Of a stretch of 64,000 nucleotides of DNA, positions 38,501-53,500 are shown piece after piece. The notes below the pieces were generated by a model. The model saw nothing but the letters and a program-made list of their open reading frames with translations. It was not told the origin of the DNA and made no database searches. The DNA is from Sphyrna mokarran (lineage: Eukaryota): NCBI GenBank assembly GCA_024679065.1, contig JAGIQG010000019.1:16492001-16556000 (forward strand), given 5' to 3'. The first letter of the stretch is position 1; the number at the start of each line of letters is the position of its first letter. The translations under genes were made by a program, and so were the position numbers.

Positions 38501-41500
38501 TTACAGAGGAAAAACTCTTTTTCATGCAGAGTTAGGTGGGCACCTGGAAGTTGAGGCTAAAATGTTCAATTCAATTAAAAGCTGCGTCTGACGTGTTCCC
38601 CCTTGCAAGACTATGGACCAGGTGCTGGAAGGTGGAATGAGAATAGGCAGATGACTATTCTCTTCCCTTTGTTGGCTAAAACAGACATGATGGGCTGAAT
38701 GGCTTCTTTTTGCATTGTAGCTTTTTTATGATTTCCTAATTTCTGCAAAAGGCTTAATCACTGGTCCACATGATCTGATTGTTATTATCACTGTAAAATG
38801 ATTTGGGAATAAACTTCTCACAAATGGAGTTGTCAAACGATTTTTCATTTTCTCCTATAGGTAACTGTCAATGAAGTGGCAGTGGAATTTCTATATTATG
38901 CAAAAGGAATTAACATTACCAAAACTAATAACAGAGTATCCATTTTCATCCCTGACATTCGAACTACCATCACTAGTCACCAAAGAAATTTCAGGATTCA
39001 AGTGCCAGAACAGTACTTCTTGGATAACACCCAAGGACAGTGTGGTATGAGATATTATCATAATATAAGCTGTAACAGCATCAACAACATTCTCTAATGT
39101 GCTGTTAAATTAGGAAAACATTCCAATTGCTTCACTGGACCATTATAAAACAAAATATGACACCAAGCCACATTAAGAGTGGCAAAGTGGTTAGCACAGC
39201 TATCTCTCAGTGCCAGGGACGCGGGATTGATTCCCAGCTTGAGTCATTGTTTATGTGAAGTTTGCACATCCTCCTCATACGTGCATTGTCCCTTAGTATC
39301 AGGGGGACTAGCTATGGTAAATGTATGGGGATAGGACCTGAATGGGATTGTGGTCGGTGTAGACTCGATGGGCCAAATGACCATCTCCTTTCTGTGGGAT
39401 TCTATGGTTCTAAGAATTAGATCAAATGACCAAAACACAGTCAAAGAAGAGGTTCTACAAAAAATATCTGAAAGGAGAACAGTGAGATTGTGATGGGTTG
39501 AGGTAAATGGAGGAATTCCAGAACAACCAAAGACAAGGTCTGCAGTGGCTCAGTGGTTAAAACAGGAGACACTCAATAGATCAGATTTAGATGCACTCAA
39601 GTATTTCAGAGGGTTCTAGGGCAGGGGGAGATAACAGAGAGGGAGATCTAAAGATATTTTACAACAACAAGGAGAATTTGGAAGTCAGGGTGTTGCTGTA
39701 AGTCACCAAGCATAGGGATGACAGGTGAACAGGATTTAGTGTAGTAATGACAATGGCACCAGAAAGTTGGACCACCTCAGGTCTATGGAGGATAGAAGGT
39801 AGGATTCCAGCCAAGACTGTGTTGGAAAATCATGGTTGGTTTTGTCCAGCAGCGCAAGTATACTGGATACATATTTGTTAACCTCTATGGATCACAGATT
39901 GACGTCTGAAAATTTTTGTCTAATGTTAATGACCAATGGAAATTGATAAACTTGTGATTTTAATGCTTTATAATCACTTGTTAGTTTCTAGCGCTTTTTC
40001 TTCTGAAACTTCTCCCTCCTATCATTGAAGTAAGCACCCATCTTAAATTTCTCATTTGAGTTTGGCCTTTAAGGCCTTTGTAAAAGTCAGTTTTGGTTTA
40101 AAAAACATGAACTCTGCGCCAATCGCGGAACGGGTTCTGCTCACTGACAAACTGTTTCCATCTTGCAGGTACGTGTACTAGAAATAAAAATGATGACTGT
40201 GTAAGGAGGAATGGACGCATGGAGTCTCCTGACTGTTGTCACAAAACTGCACTTGACTGGAAGATTGATGACCCCAAAAAACCATATTGTCAAGCAGTCC
40301 CTACAAACGTACCTTGTGATGTATCACCTACCCCCCCACCATGTGAATATGAGAAAACAATGTGCGATGTCATATCAGGGAAGTATGTACTGTTTTCTGT
40401 CATTTCTTTAAAATAGATAACAAAATCCATCCAGTTCTTCATTTCAAATAATTAAATATATATATATATATCAAAGCCAATAAGTGTTTTTTGCAGCCCC
40501 GTGGAGATGGGCAGAAAATTGTGTAAAATACTGGCAGATTTCACCAGGAAGGGAGCCTGATCAATTTGTCCATCAGCAGGAACCACTGCTTTATAACAAC
40601 CTGCTGATCGGAAAGCAGGCAGCCAATTGAATAATTAACTGACCGATTTATCTGCTACTTCGCAAATCTGCTGACATTTTACTGGCTTTGGGACAAGAGA
40701 CCACTTCTTGTAGTAACATTGGAGGCAAAGCCAGGTGCTTCCAACTGTTGTCACAAAGCTGCATTTGACAAGAAGTTTGATCCTAGTGAATCATATTGTC
40801 AAGCGGCCTATAAATGTACCTTGTGAGGTAGCTTCTATCATTCCACCATGTGAATTTGGAATTCCAGGAAGAAAGGGTACCTCCAATATGGCCACTCCAT
40901 GACCCATGGTAGATCCCCTGACTGCAATGGTCAACATCTCAGCTGTGCTGATTCTAATCAAGGTGTGCCTCCCCTAACCCATACACAGGACAATAAATAA
41001 AAAAATTACTTTGCTTTCAAAGGTACCCCATGATCTAGGCATCCTCTGCTTCTTCCTACAGCTTCAGCAGCGTCCATCTTTATTAGAGACAAGGCTGAAG
41101 TTACCAGCTGTTTAACTAGGTGACAGGCTGCGGCCTCAATTTTGCAGCTATCAACAGGCCACTATTGGTAATATGCTGCCTAGGCTTTTAGTGCCCACTT
41201 GCACAAGATCTGGTCCTGTGTTTGAAACATACAAGCAGCAGGAGGCTATTCAGCTCTTCAAGTCTGCTCCACCATTCATTATGATCATGGCTGATCATCC
41301 AACTATCAGCCTCTGATGGTATTAGCGTGACTCAGTTTTTTTCCCCATAACTTTAGATCCCATTCATTCCAAGTGCTATATCCAGCCACCTCTTGAATAA
41401 GTTCAATGTTTTGGCATCAACTATTTCCTGTAGTAATGAATTCCACAGGTTCACCATCCTTGGGTGAAGAAATGTCTGCTCACCTCTGACCTAAATGGTC

Positions 41501-44500
41501 TATCATGTAACCTCATACTGTGACCCCTGGTTCTCGATACACCCACCATCAGGAATATCCTCTTTCAGCTCTTCGAGCCTGCTTTGCCATTCATTTTGAC
41601 CTTGGCTGATCATCAAATTCTATATCCTGATCCCGCCTTCTCCCCATATCCCTTGATCAATTTAACCCCAAGGGCTAGAATTAATTTCTTTTTGAAAGGA
41701 CACAACATTTTGGTCTCAACTACTTGCTGTGGTAGTGAATTCCACACATTCACCACTCTCTGAATGAAGAAATTTCTTCTCATCTCAGTCGTAAAAGATT
41801 TATTCTTATCTTCAAACTATGACCCCTGGTTCTGGACTCTGCCATCGTTGGGAAAATTCTTTCTGGTCCCCTTTGGGAGATAAAGGTTTTGAAAAAATTC
41901 CAAACATGACTTATTTTCAAATTTTAGATTGTATAGCATGTATTTTCTAATTTGGTCTATCCCATGAAAAATTGCAATAGAATTCCATTATGCTGGATTC
42001 TCCATGCATTAACTATAGCTAATCCACCAAACCTACAGGTCTTTGGACACTAAGGGGCAATTTAGCATGGCTAGTGCACTTAACCTGCACGTCCTTGGAG
42101 TATGATAGGAAACAAGAGCACCTGGAGGAAACTCTCACAGACATGGGGCGAGTGTGCAAACTCCACACAGACAATGCCAAACTCCAGAATCAAACCAGAT
42201 GTTGAGAGGCAACAGCGCTAACTACTATGCCACCCATTATAGTCTAATTTATGCTAAAATAACGTAGTTAGGAATTTTATACTCCGGCATCTCACAAGAC
42301 AGATGATGGCTTAGTGAATTTATCGTGAGATTATTAATTCAGAAACTCGGCTAATGTTCTCAGGACCTGGGTTCAAATATAGCCACAGCAACCAGTGGAA
42401 TTTGAATTCAATAAAAAATATCTGGAATTAAGAACCTACTGATGACCGTGGAACCATTGCTAATTGGCAGAAAAACCCACCTGGTGCACTAATGTTCTTT
42501 AATAGAACATAGAACATTACAGCACAGAACAGGCCCTTCGGCCTTTGATGTTGCGCCGACCAATATAAAAAGCAATGCCCCTCCAAACTAAACCATTCCC
42601 TTCTCTTCCATATACTTATCACTAACCTCTTAAACGCCACCAAACTTGGAGCATCTACAACTGCTGCAGGCAGGGCATTCCACTCCCGAATCACCCTTTG
42701 GGTAAAGAACCTACCTCTGATATCCGTCCTATAACTATCACCTCTTAATTTAAAGCTGTGTCCCCTCGTGCTAGCTTTCTCCATCCTAGGAAAAAGGCTA
42801 TCACTGTCCACCCTATCTAAACCTCTAATCATCTTATATGTTTCGATTAGGTCCCCTCTTAGCCGCCTCCTTTCTAACGAAAACAACCTCAAATCCCTCA
42901 GCCTCTCTTCATAAGACCTGCCCTCCATACCAGGCAACATCCTGGTAAACCTCCTCTGTACCCTCTCCAATGCCTCCACATCTTTCTTATAATGTGGGGA
43001 CCAGAACTGCACACAATACTCCAAGTGCGGCCGCACTAGAGTTTTGTACAGTTGCAACATGACGTTGCGGCTCCGAAATTCAATCCCCCTACCAATAAAA
43101 GCTAAGACTCCATATGCCTTCTTAACAACCTTATCGACTTGACTGCCTACTTTCAGGGATCTATGCACAAATACACCAAGATCCCTCTGTTCATCAACAC
43201 TATTAAGAATCCTACCATTAGCCCTATACTCTACACATTTATTATTCCTGCCAAAGTGCATTACCTCACACTTTTCCACATTAAACTCCATTTGCCACCT
43301 CTCGGCCCAGCTCTGCAACTTGTCCAAGTCTCTCTGCAAACTATAACACCCCTCTTCACTATCTACCACTCCTCCGACTTTGGTGTCATCCGCAAATTTA
43401 CTAATCCATCCTTCAATACCCTCATCCAGATCATTTATAAAAATTACAAACAGCAGGGGCCCCAAAACAGACCCCTGAGGTACACCACTTGTCACCGAAC
43501 TCCACGATGAATATCTCCCATCAACCACCACCCTCTGTCTTCTATCTGCTAGCTTTAAGGAAGAAAATCTGCTGATTAGCCTGGTCTGGCCTCCATATGA
43601 CTCCAGAGCAACAGCAATGTCATTGACTCTCAACGTCCCTCTGAATCAGGGCAACTAGGGATGGGCAATAAATGCTGGCCAGCCAGTGACATTCATATCC
43701 CACGAGTGAATAAAAAAAATTTAAGATCCTGAGGGGCATTAACAGAGTGGATGTGGAGAGGATGTTTCTTAGTGTCAAAGAATCTTGAATTAGGGAGTCA
43801 CTTTTTAAAATTAAGGGATTGCTCATTTAAGATAGATGAGGAAAAGATTTCTCTGAAGATTGTGAGTCTTTCGAATTTTGTCCTTCAAAAGACTATGGAA
43901 GCAGGGTTATTGAACATTTTTAAGGCAGAGCGAGATATTGATAAACAAAAAGGTAAAAGACAAAATTGGAGTTGAAGTTAGAATCAGATCTTATTAAATA
44001 GCAAGCAGACTTGAGGAGTCAATTGGCCAGCTCCTGCTCCTAACATGCAGGTTCATAACTTTATAGGTTGAAGTCTTTTTAAGGAGGGGAAATAATTTTG
44101 GGTTTTTATGTTCCTGGTGTTTAAATGGTTTTATGCTCTTATTCTGCAGTTCATTCGCGGTATGCCGAAACAAGCAAGAACTTAGCAAATACATCAAGGC
44201 ATGTCAGTATGATCGCTGCACAGCCAATCAGACAGAAATAGACTGTGCTAACCTAGAAGCTGCTGCCATGACATGTAGTGCAGCAGGGGCATGTGTTGAC
44301 TGGCGAGGCTCAACAAACGGATCATGCTGTGAGTTCTATAAAGCTATACGATAATCCTCAATACTTAAAGTGCAATAATTCATATATACATGTGCTTCTT
44401 CAATTCAATTGGACTTTATTGTCATTACATAATGTACAAATACAAGGAAAAGTGACCTTGCAGACTCCCAAGATACAAGAAAACAGCAAATGCAAGAGTC

Positions 44501-47500
44501 TTTATAAAATGGTGCCAATAGTCATTAAGTGTATACATGCGTACTTCATGATAACCATTGCCTGGGAATGTGTTAAAGGGTGGCGTTCAGCTGGGTAACA
44601 GCTCTGGGGAAGAAGCTGTTTCTGAACCTGGTTGCATGGGCTCAAATTCACCTTAGCACCTCCAGACGGCCTGCTGGGGGGGAGGGGAGCGGGATTGGCG
44701 GCAACGGCAAATAACCTGCGGGTGGGATCTCCAGTAATGCCGACAGATCTCCACATTTGTGATAAATGTCCTGGATAGTTAGTAGCTGGGTGCCAATGAC
44801 TACTTGCTGCAAAGCTCTCCGGTCAGAAATGGAGCAACTGCCGTACCACGCTGTAATGCAGTTTGACAAGATGCTCTCTATTGTGCACTGATAGAAATTT
44901 GAGAGAAGTTGAGGGGGGAACAGGTTAGCTTAGCTGCCTCAGGAAGTATAGGAGCTGCTGAACCACCTTCACTAGGGAGGAGTTATTGAAGAACTATGAA
45001 ATGTTCTCTGTGATGTGGACACCCAGAAATTTGAAGCTGCAGATCCTTTCCACCTCTATCCAATTGATGTAAATGGGTATATGTGTGCTGCCTTTGGACT
45101 TCCTGAATTTCAATTGCTTTTGGTATGACTTCTTGATATAGAAATGATCAGAATGGTTTCAGGAGCCCGATACTAAGTTAATCACCATTCATCCTACAGA
45201 ATTAATAACTGAATGAAAGAAAAATCACTTTAATTAGTGAAGTCAGTGCACTGACTTGCCTCTGTTGACTCATTTTTCCTTCCCAGTATGTCCCTTTTTG
45301 GACATAGTGCACCCTGATGGGATTAGAATTGACCCATACTTATGAATCAGGTCAGTCATTGTAAGACATAGCAGCAGAATTTGGCCATTCGGCCCATCAA
45401 GTCTGTTTCCTCCATTTAATCATAGCTTTGATAGCCCTTTTGTGAGAAATGTGTTACCCCAGAGGTGTAGAAGAATATCCATTGCTTGCTGCAGGTTTGA
45501 GAATTAATGAGTTCCAAATCTGGAACTTCGTGTCTTGAAACAGCAGAATCCAATCATCCTCGTATTTGTCTCATCAACCAAATTGTTTTGCTGAATAACT
45601 GTGTAACCTTCAGCTTGCTGTACATTTGTGATGATGAGGTTTGGTTTCTGAGGCTGCTGTATGTAAATGAGTGGTAGTCATTTTATACAGCTCAAGAAAC
45701 ATGGGCCAAGATTTTGAGTCTGGCGATGGAGAACTGGTGGGGAACCCCTGTCAGTTCTATGGGGAAGGCCCAAAAGAATTAAATGCCCATCAGCCATTTC
45801 CTTTGCCACTGTTTGGCCTTGCCCAAGATCAAGGATGCCAAGGATGGAAATCTCATCCACCAAGAGCTGGTAGCCAATCAGAAACCAGCAGCCAGTCATT
45901 TCCTTCAGCACCACAACGACTTGTGGCAGCTTCCGGTAATGCACCTAACAAAGAAACCCAATAGTAAGGGGAGGAGGATTAGGGGAAGTGGGGAGGTGAT
46001 CATGGGAGCGGAGAAGGACATGGGGTCAGAAGCAAGGGCAGGGGTGTGGTTTTTGGTGCCCCGTCCTCCATTTCTTGATGTCAGGTCCCTGAATCAGCAC
46101 TGAGTGCCTTTGAATGTGGGACACCCTCCAGGAGGCTGCACGGGTCAATTGACACAATTCAGTTCCACTTGTAGCGTTAGAAATTGCCAAGAGGGTATTG
46201 AGGGGGATATTGGGAGCTTTTGAATGGTGGCCTGTCAGTTGTAAACCAGCCAGCCATGCACAGATGAGCCTCAGGAGGTAACTGAGAGTCTTAGCAGGGA
46301 AAGATTTGGTGCAAGTAGTGAGCACATTGAAGTGATGATGATCTCAGCAAGACATAGGGCTTGGATTGAATGAGGTGTTGAGAATCCTGCTTTTCCAACT
46401 AAAAGGTGACATGGAGCCCAGCTGCTGCAGACAGTTAGAAACATAGAAATTAGAAGTAGGAGCAAGCCTAAAAGCCTGCTGCACCATTCATTTTGATTAT
46501 GACTGATCATCAAATTCAATATCCTGATCATTTCCCACCCACACTCCCCCTGCCCCGTCTCTTGATCCCTGTAGCCCCCAAGAGCAACATCTATTTTTTT
46601 TTTCTTGACATCAGACAACGTTTTGGCCTCAACTACTTTTTGTGGTAGTGAGTTCCACACATTCAGCACCTTCTGGGTAAAGAAATTTTTCCTCATCTTA
46701 GTTCTAAAAGTTGTCCCACTTATCCTCAAACTATGACCCCTAGTACTGGACACCCCCACTCCCGGGAACGTTCTTCCTGAATCTACCCTAACTAATCCTG
46801 TTAGAATTTTAAAAGTTTCTATGAAATAAGAACATAAGAAATAGGAGCAGGAGTAGCCCCTCAAGTCTGTTCTGCTATTCAATAAGATCATGGCTGATCT
46901 GGTAGTTCCACTTACTTGCCCGGTCCCCATAACCCTTAATTTCCTTATTGATTAAAAATCGATCTCTCTGTGACCTGAAACACATTTGATGAGGTAGCCT
47001 TTACTTAATTGGGCAAGAACTTCAAAGATTCACTATCCTTTGGGAGAAGTTGTTCCTCCTCAACCCTGTTCTAAATTGATTCCCCCTTATTTTGAGGCTA
47101 TGCCACCTAGTTCTTGTTTCCTTCGTAAGTGGAAATAACCTCGCTGCTTCTACCCTTTCTAGCCCCTTCGTTATCTTACAAGTCTCTGTAAGATCTCTCC
47201 TCAACCTTCTAAACTCCAATGAGTACAGGCCCAATCTACTCAATCTCTCCTCATAATCTAACCCCGTCATCTCTGGAATCAACCTGGTGAACCTTTTCTG
47301 TACCCTCCCCTCTTTACGGTACGTCCCCTCTCACTCTTCCAAACTCCAATGAATATAATCCTAACTGATTTAGTTTCTCCTCGTATTGCCCTGTTAATTG
47401 GCAGATTGGCCATTAATGAGTTGAGGTGGGACTCCAGCCCCTCCTATCAAAGCAATGAAATGAAGCAAAGAATATAGTGGCATTCCTCCCACCTTAGCAT

Positions 47501-50500
47501 GCTACTGGAACTGCTTTGAGATGAAAAGGCATGGAGAATCAGTGTTTTAGGTTGCTTTTTTTTTGCTTTTCTTAGCTTTAACACAGGGGAAAATTGATCC
47601 CAATCAATATGTCCTGTAAATTATGCATGATTATTTACAGTAAAATTGTGAAAGAAATTAGAAGGGAGTTAATAGATAATGTAAATATCCTCACTTCTAG
47701 GAAATTTTAAATAAAGTCCTGCAGAAGAGATCTATAGCTCAAGTGAAATAGCATTAGGTGCTAGAAAAAGGTGGTCAATATATAGTTAGAAAAAAGCAGT
47801 TCTTTTCATCAAAAATGCTTAAAGTTTACTTATAAGTCACAAGTAGGCTTACATTAACGCTGCACTGAAGTTACTGTGAAATTCCCCTTGTTGCCACAGT
47901 CTGCCGTTTGTTTGGGTCGATGTATGTCTTTCAAACCGTGGAAGGGAACTGGAGCGCCTTGGGAAAACCCACATAGACAAGGGGGGAATGTCCACACAGA
48001 TAATGACCCAAGCCCTTGGCTCTGCAAAGCAGAAGTGCTAATCACTGTGTTACCATGCTGCTTTTATTTCTTTTTTTAGTATCCGATACTGATCGAAAAA
48101 GGTATGCACAACTTTAAACACAAAATGTTCCAATTGGGGACGGGTGTAGGCTCAGCATACGATCATTTTATTGCATTAAATGATATTATCCAACCATCCT
48201 GACTCTTCCTGAAGATCATAATAAAGTCAATTTTTAGTAAGAACCTAATTTTTAATTTTATTTTAATTTTAGCCTTAAACTGTGCAGAAGGTTTTGTCTA
48301 TAGAGCCTGTTCCAGATACAATCACAATTATTGTAAGGATGGGTAAGTATTTGCAATATATTGAGAATTATCTCCTTTTCATAGCAGCTGTCTATATCTT
48401 GAAGAAAAAGTAAATGGCTAAGTGCTTTTTTAAAAAAATTATTAGTATTTCCTTCAGTACTGTAGTATTTGAATAATTATGATCATTATTTTCAGTGTGA
48501 TGAAAGCTGGGGAGAGATTTGTAGAGCGAACAGAAGGCTGTTTTTGCCCATCTGGAATGATGCTATCTGAAAACGGGACCCATTGTGTTCCTTCGTGTGC
48601 CAGTGAGTTGCTATGTTTGTATGAAAATATACAATAATTTGTAAAACATTAATAAATATTTTGTACCACTGACAAAAAGGACATTCAGTTAATGATGTGG
48701 AATCTTTTTATTCTTTATAGGATGCAAAGACTCTTCAGGGATTATAAGAAAAGTGAGTGTTCTCATCTTTATTGTTTTTCTGGAAAGTATAGAAATCAGT
48801 AAAATTATCTCCTGTGATCACTGTCCTGTGTCTGAGTTGAATTTCCCTGAGCGTTCTCAAGATGCTTGCGATTCATTCAATAGCAATTTATTTAATTATT
48901 TTCCCTGGATATTACCATTCTGCTCATTAGGGTATGGATCAGAAACCCCAAGAGATAATCATTAAATTAGACTGGACCCCGACTATTTGGTATTTTTGGC
49001 ATTAATGTGAGGATATGGTGTTTCACTCGAGATGTGATTCTATTGACACACTAGGAAGCCATTGAAGGAAATCATAACATTCCAACTTTTCTGCTATCTC
49101 TGGTTATCTTGAGAGACACTGTGTACTGCATGACTTAGCTACTTATTGCTATAACTAGATGAACCACTGGGAAGCAGCTCCTAGCTTTGTCTTGTTATTA
49201 ATTTTATATCACTATTTCTATCCTCCCTTTTATAGGAAGGAGAAAGTTGGTCTCATCCCAATGTTACATGTGTCTACTACAAATGTAGCAACGGTAATAT
49301 TATAGAGAAACAAATCTCGTGTTCAATTCATCAAGACTGTGATGAGGTTTGTATAAGCCTATATTTGATGTTTCTTATTCTTACATGCATGACTCACTGA
49401 TCATAGATATTTTGCTTAGAAGAGCAGTAATATTGAAGTAATCCTAAATTAATAGAAAAATGTTCTATTGATCACAAAGCGAGTGTTTAATATTTGCTCT
49501 TATTCATCTGAATAACCAGGCTTTTAATTCAGCTAATATAGGTGCTTCATTTTGCTGTTTGTGTTTACATAAAATAAGATTTACCAATCTCAAGGCAGTG
49601 ATTTCACGAGTTTGGATCCATCCACAATACCAAATTCTCTCATTTCGGCACACACTGGAATTGAAGTAACTTAATCTCTCAGTTTCTAAGATGAGAAACT
49701 CTGTTTTCGTAGTTAATTCCTAGAACAGGTCAGTGGTCTGTAACCAGGAATGCCATAATTTGAGGGATGCCATTCTACATCGAGCGTGGCTGAGCAGGAA
49801 TCCCTCCTGCTCTTACAATCAGTCATCAGCGTACTGGAAGGATTTGCAGGTTGATGCATTCAACCTGTTTGGTGCTATGGACCACACCTTCCTTGACCAT
49901 TGAGTCCTAGGGTGGGATTCAATACCAGAGCTTCTGGCTCAGATGCAGGGATTACCCATTGTGCAAGAATGTTGGAAGTAAAGCTATTGTTCGGATTGAA
50001 TAGTAAGATCTATATCTGAATGCACCATATTTGACCTGGGAAAGTCCTGTCCTAAGTCCAGCTGATCCTGAATGATTGATGGTCTGCTCGATCTGCCAAT
50101 TATTGAGATTCATGTAAATTGACTTCAGTCCTCTCGACTCTGGCCACATACCTTCACAATATCAAACTAAACCAAATGTTCCACATATGATTACCAATGT
50201 AATCATAGTGATTACCAAGACATCACTGTGGTAATCTCTGATTCTGAAATTAATAGAAATTTTTAAAAAAGTTTATTTATTAGTCACAAGTAGGCTTACA
50301 TTCACACTGCAATGAAGTTACTGTGAAAATCTTCTAGTCGCCACACTGAGGAGAATTTCAGGTGGCCAATTCATCTGCACATCTTTTGGACTGTTGGGAG
50401 GAAACTGGAGCACAGGGAGAATATGCAAACTCCATATGGACAGTAACACAAGCCAAGAATCAAACTCTGATCCCTGGCACTGAGGCAGCATCACTAACCA

Positions 50501-53500
50501 TGGTGCCACCATGCCACAATGGAATTGGAAAGATATTTCCACAGCCCTTATACTGAATAGGGTCTCTTTACTGCTGATACTAGTACAAATAGCTTTATGC
50601 AAAATTTACCAATAATGCATATTGGAATTCATTGATCATATAATATTCAATAAGCTGTGCTAAAGACATAACATTGAAATTAAATTCTATACTGTAATCA
50701 GAATGTTTTGTTGAAGACCAAGAATGACAGATTGGGCGATCTTACCAAAAAATTCTAACTGCTGAACGAGCATAAAAACGATATTTTGGCGAGCTTTAAG
50801 ACATGCTATTATGCCACTTAGAGTCAAAGTGAGACTCTCGCCACTAGAGGGAGTAGACAGAAGCTATTCTTGCCAGAAAGAGGATGCCATTGCACATGCA
50901 CCAATCTGTGTGTTCTGTGCAAGTGCACACAGAACACTGAAGGTCTGTCACTCCTCCCATCTCCAGGCATGAACCAGGTTTTTCTCCTCTTACCCCCATA
51001 GTGTTTACAGCATAGAAATGGGTCACTTGACAAGTCAGCATTTACCCTCCGCACAGGCAAACAGTTCTAATCACAGTTACCCAATGTTTTCCCACTTCCC
51101 TTGCATATCCTCTTGCTCATTAATGTGCTTGAAACAAAGATTCCTGCATTTAAATTAAAGGCAGATATTTTTGGGGAAATGATTGTTTTGGTGGTGGGTT
51201 GGAAAAGTGTAACCAGAATTTATTTACAATCGTTCTCTGCAAAATTTATCAATGTCATTTATAATGATAACTATTTAAATTTTATATGACAATTCAATAT
51301 TTTGTGCATTTAGTCTGACAGAATTTGGGATGAAAATCACTGCTGCTATTTCTGCCGAGTACCATGTAAGTCCCGCATTTTTTAATGAACCATTATCATT
51401 TAAAAGGTATATTCTGCCCTTAACAGTTTTTGTGGCTTCAGCATCTTTATATGAATACTCAAACTTAGAAAACTGACTAAAATAATGTTTTTTACTGAGG
51501 TCATGTAGGATATTTTAAAACTACATGTCCCCCATCCTTCTACATGAAGCTCTATTGAAGTACATCATGGCACTTGAGAGTGAACACCCAATTCTTAAAT
51601 TCAGGTGCAACCTGTAACTCTCCTGCCCATTGATGTGGCAGATGAGGAAGCCACAGTGAAGCAATATGCTCTGGCACATTCTAGCACCTGATTACCAAAG
51701 CAGTGGAGAAGCACAAAAATATTTTGGCAATGAAATGTAACTAAACAAGCATTTTCACCTCCTGGTGTTTCATTTGCCAAGCTCTTGTACAGCAGACCTG
51801 CATTTGATTTGCTTTGTATGTCAAAATGTGTGACAATAATAATCAACTGTTTCAAGGTTTTCTTTAAAGGAAGAAAATTTGTTGCCTCCCTACATCCATT
51901 TAATTCATCAGTTATTCATAATGCATCACAAAATTATTTTAAACATATTTTGATTCTTCTGAACTTCTGCAGTAGGTGGATGCAAGGTGAAAAGTAAACA
52001 GCTTGAGATCAACAAGACTGATTGTTTAGCGAGCGTTCAGGTGAATTACTGTGAAGGAAGTTGCAACTCATTTTCGATGTAAGTAATATTGCTTAATATA
52101 TTTGATGTGTTTTAAACACAGCAGTTAATCAAACAAAAAGGCAAAAAACAAACTTGAACCGTGCAGCAGGTCAATAAGGGTGGACAGTGATAGCCTTTTT
52201 CCTAGGATGGAAAAAGCTAGCACGAGGGGATACAGCTTTAAATTAAGGGGTGATAGTTATAGGACGGATATCAGAGGTAGGTTCTTTACCCAAAGGGTGG
52301 TTCGGGAGTGGAATGCCCTGCCTGCAGCAGTTGTAGATGCGCCAAGTTTGGTGGCGTTTAAGAGGTTAGTTGATAAGTATATGGAAGAGAAGGGAATGGT
52401 TTAGTTTGGAGGGGCATTGCTTTTTATATTGGTCGGCGTAACATTGAAGGCTGAAGGGCCTGTTCTGTGCTGTAATGTTCTATGTTCTACAGTGAGTGAT
52501 GTTTTTACACATAGCCTGTTAATAGAAATGAAAAGTTGGGAGAGAATAAAACAGATGAATCCAAAGGATTGAATGACTGCTGGATAATGTTACACATTAT
52601 CTCAGTCAGTGATGGAAGGAAGCAGGTCTTTAATTCTTGTAATATGTTTGGTTTCTGAGTCATTCTGAAACACTCTTGTTCATTCATGTTTCACACACCT
52701 CATTTTACTATTTGATTGAATTACTTTTACACACTTGTTTTTCCATCTTCACCAAATTCCTATTAGCCTGATATATAAAAGAACATTTCATGTCTCTGTG
52801 AACTGCCACACATTAATCCAAGTTAAAATGTGTCATCATTGAGCCTATGTATGCCATTGGTCTAAAGGATGAAATTTACTATGCAAAATCAAAGTGAATG
52901 TATGATGTAACTTGAGACAGGATTTTATAGCCTTGCACAAGCGAGACCAGAAACAGACATTTCTGTTGTCACTTCTCACCTACTCCAATTCTGTGGCTGG
53001 CAAGGCAGTAGAATTCTGACGACAAAATAGAATCCCTCTGCAGGAAGAAGCTATTCAGCCCATTGAGCCTGCACCAACAACAATCCCACCCCTATCCCTG
53101 TTATGCCATGCATTTACTCCGCTAATCTCCTGACACTAAGGAGCAATTTAGCTTGGCCAATCTACCTATCATGCACATCTTTAGATTATGAGGGGAAACT
53201 GGACCATCCAGAAGAAACCCATGCAGCCATGGAGTGAATGTGCCAACTCCACATAGACAGTATAATTAAACCTGGTCCCTGGTGCTGAGAGATAGCAATG
53301 CTAACCACTGCCACCTACTGCTGGATTCCTCTCTCCTAACATTGGGAATTTCCTTCCTTTTATCCCTGGTTTTCCATGAGAACAGAGCTCATGACTAAGT
53401 TGTGAGGGAGCTGGACCTAGGAAAATGGAGGGATGGGAATTGCCTCTGAAGACAGCTGCAGACAGCCTACTAAAGGCTTTTTTGGGAGTTTGAGTTGAGT

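Noticed and set aside
42428-43633. 401-aa ORF as a host gene or functional reverse transcriptase
   Set aside because: 5'-truncated CR1 with a target duplication; it lacks the endonuclease and RT N-terminus, and the ORF ends come from flanking SINE sequence.
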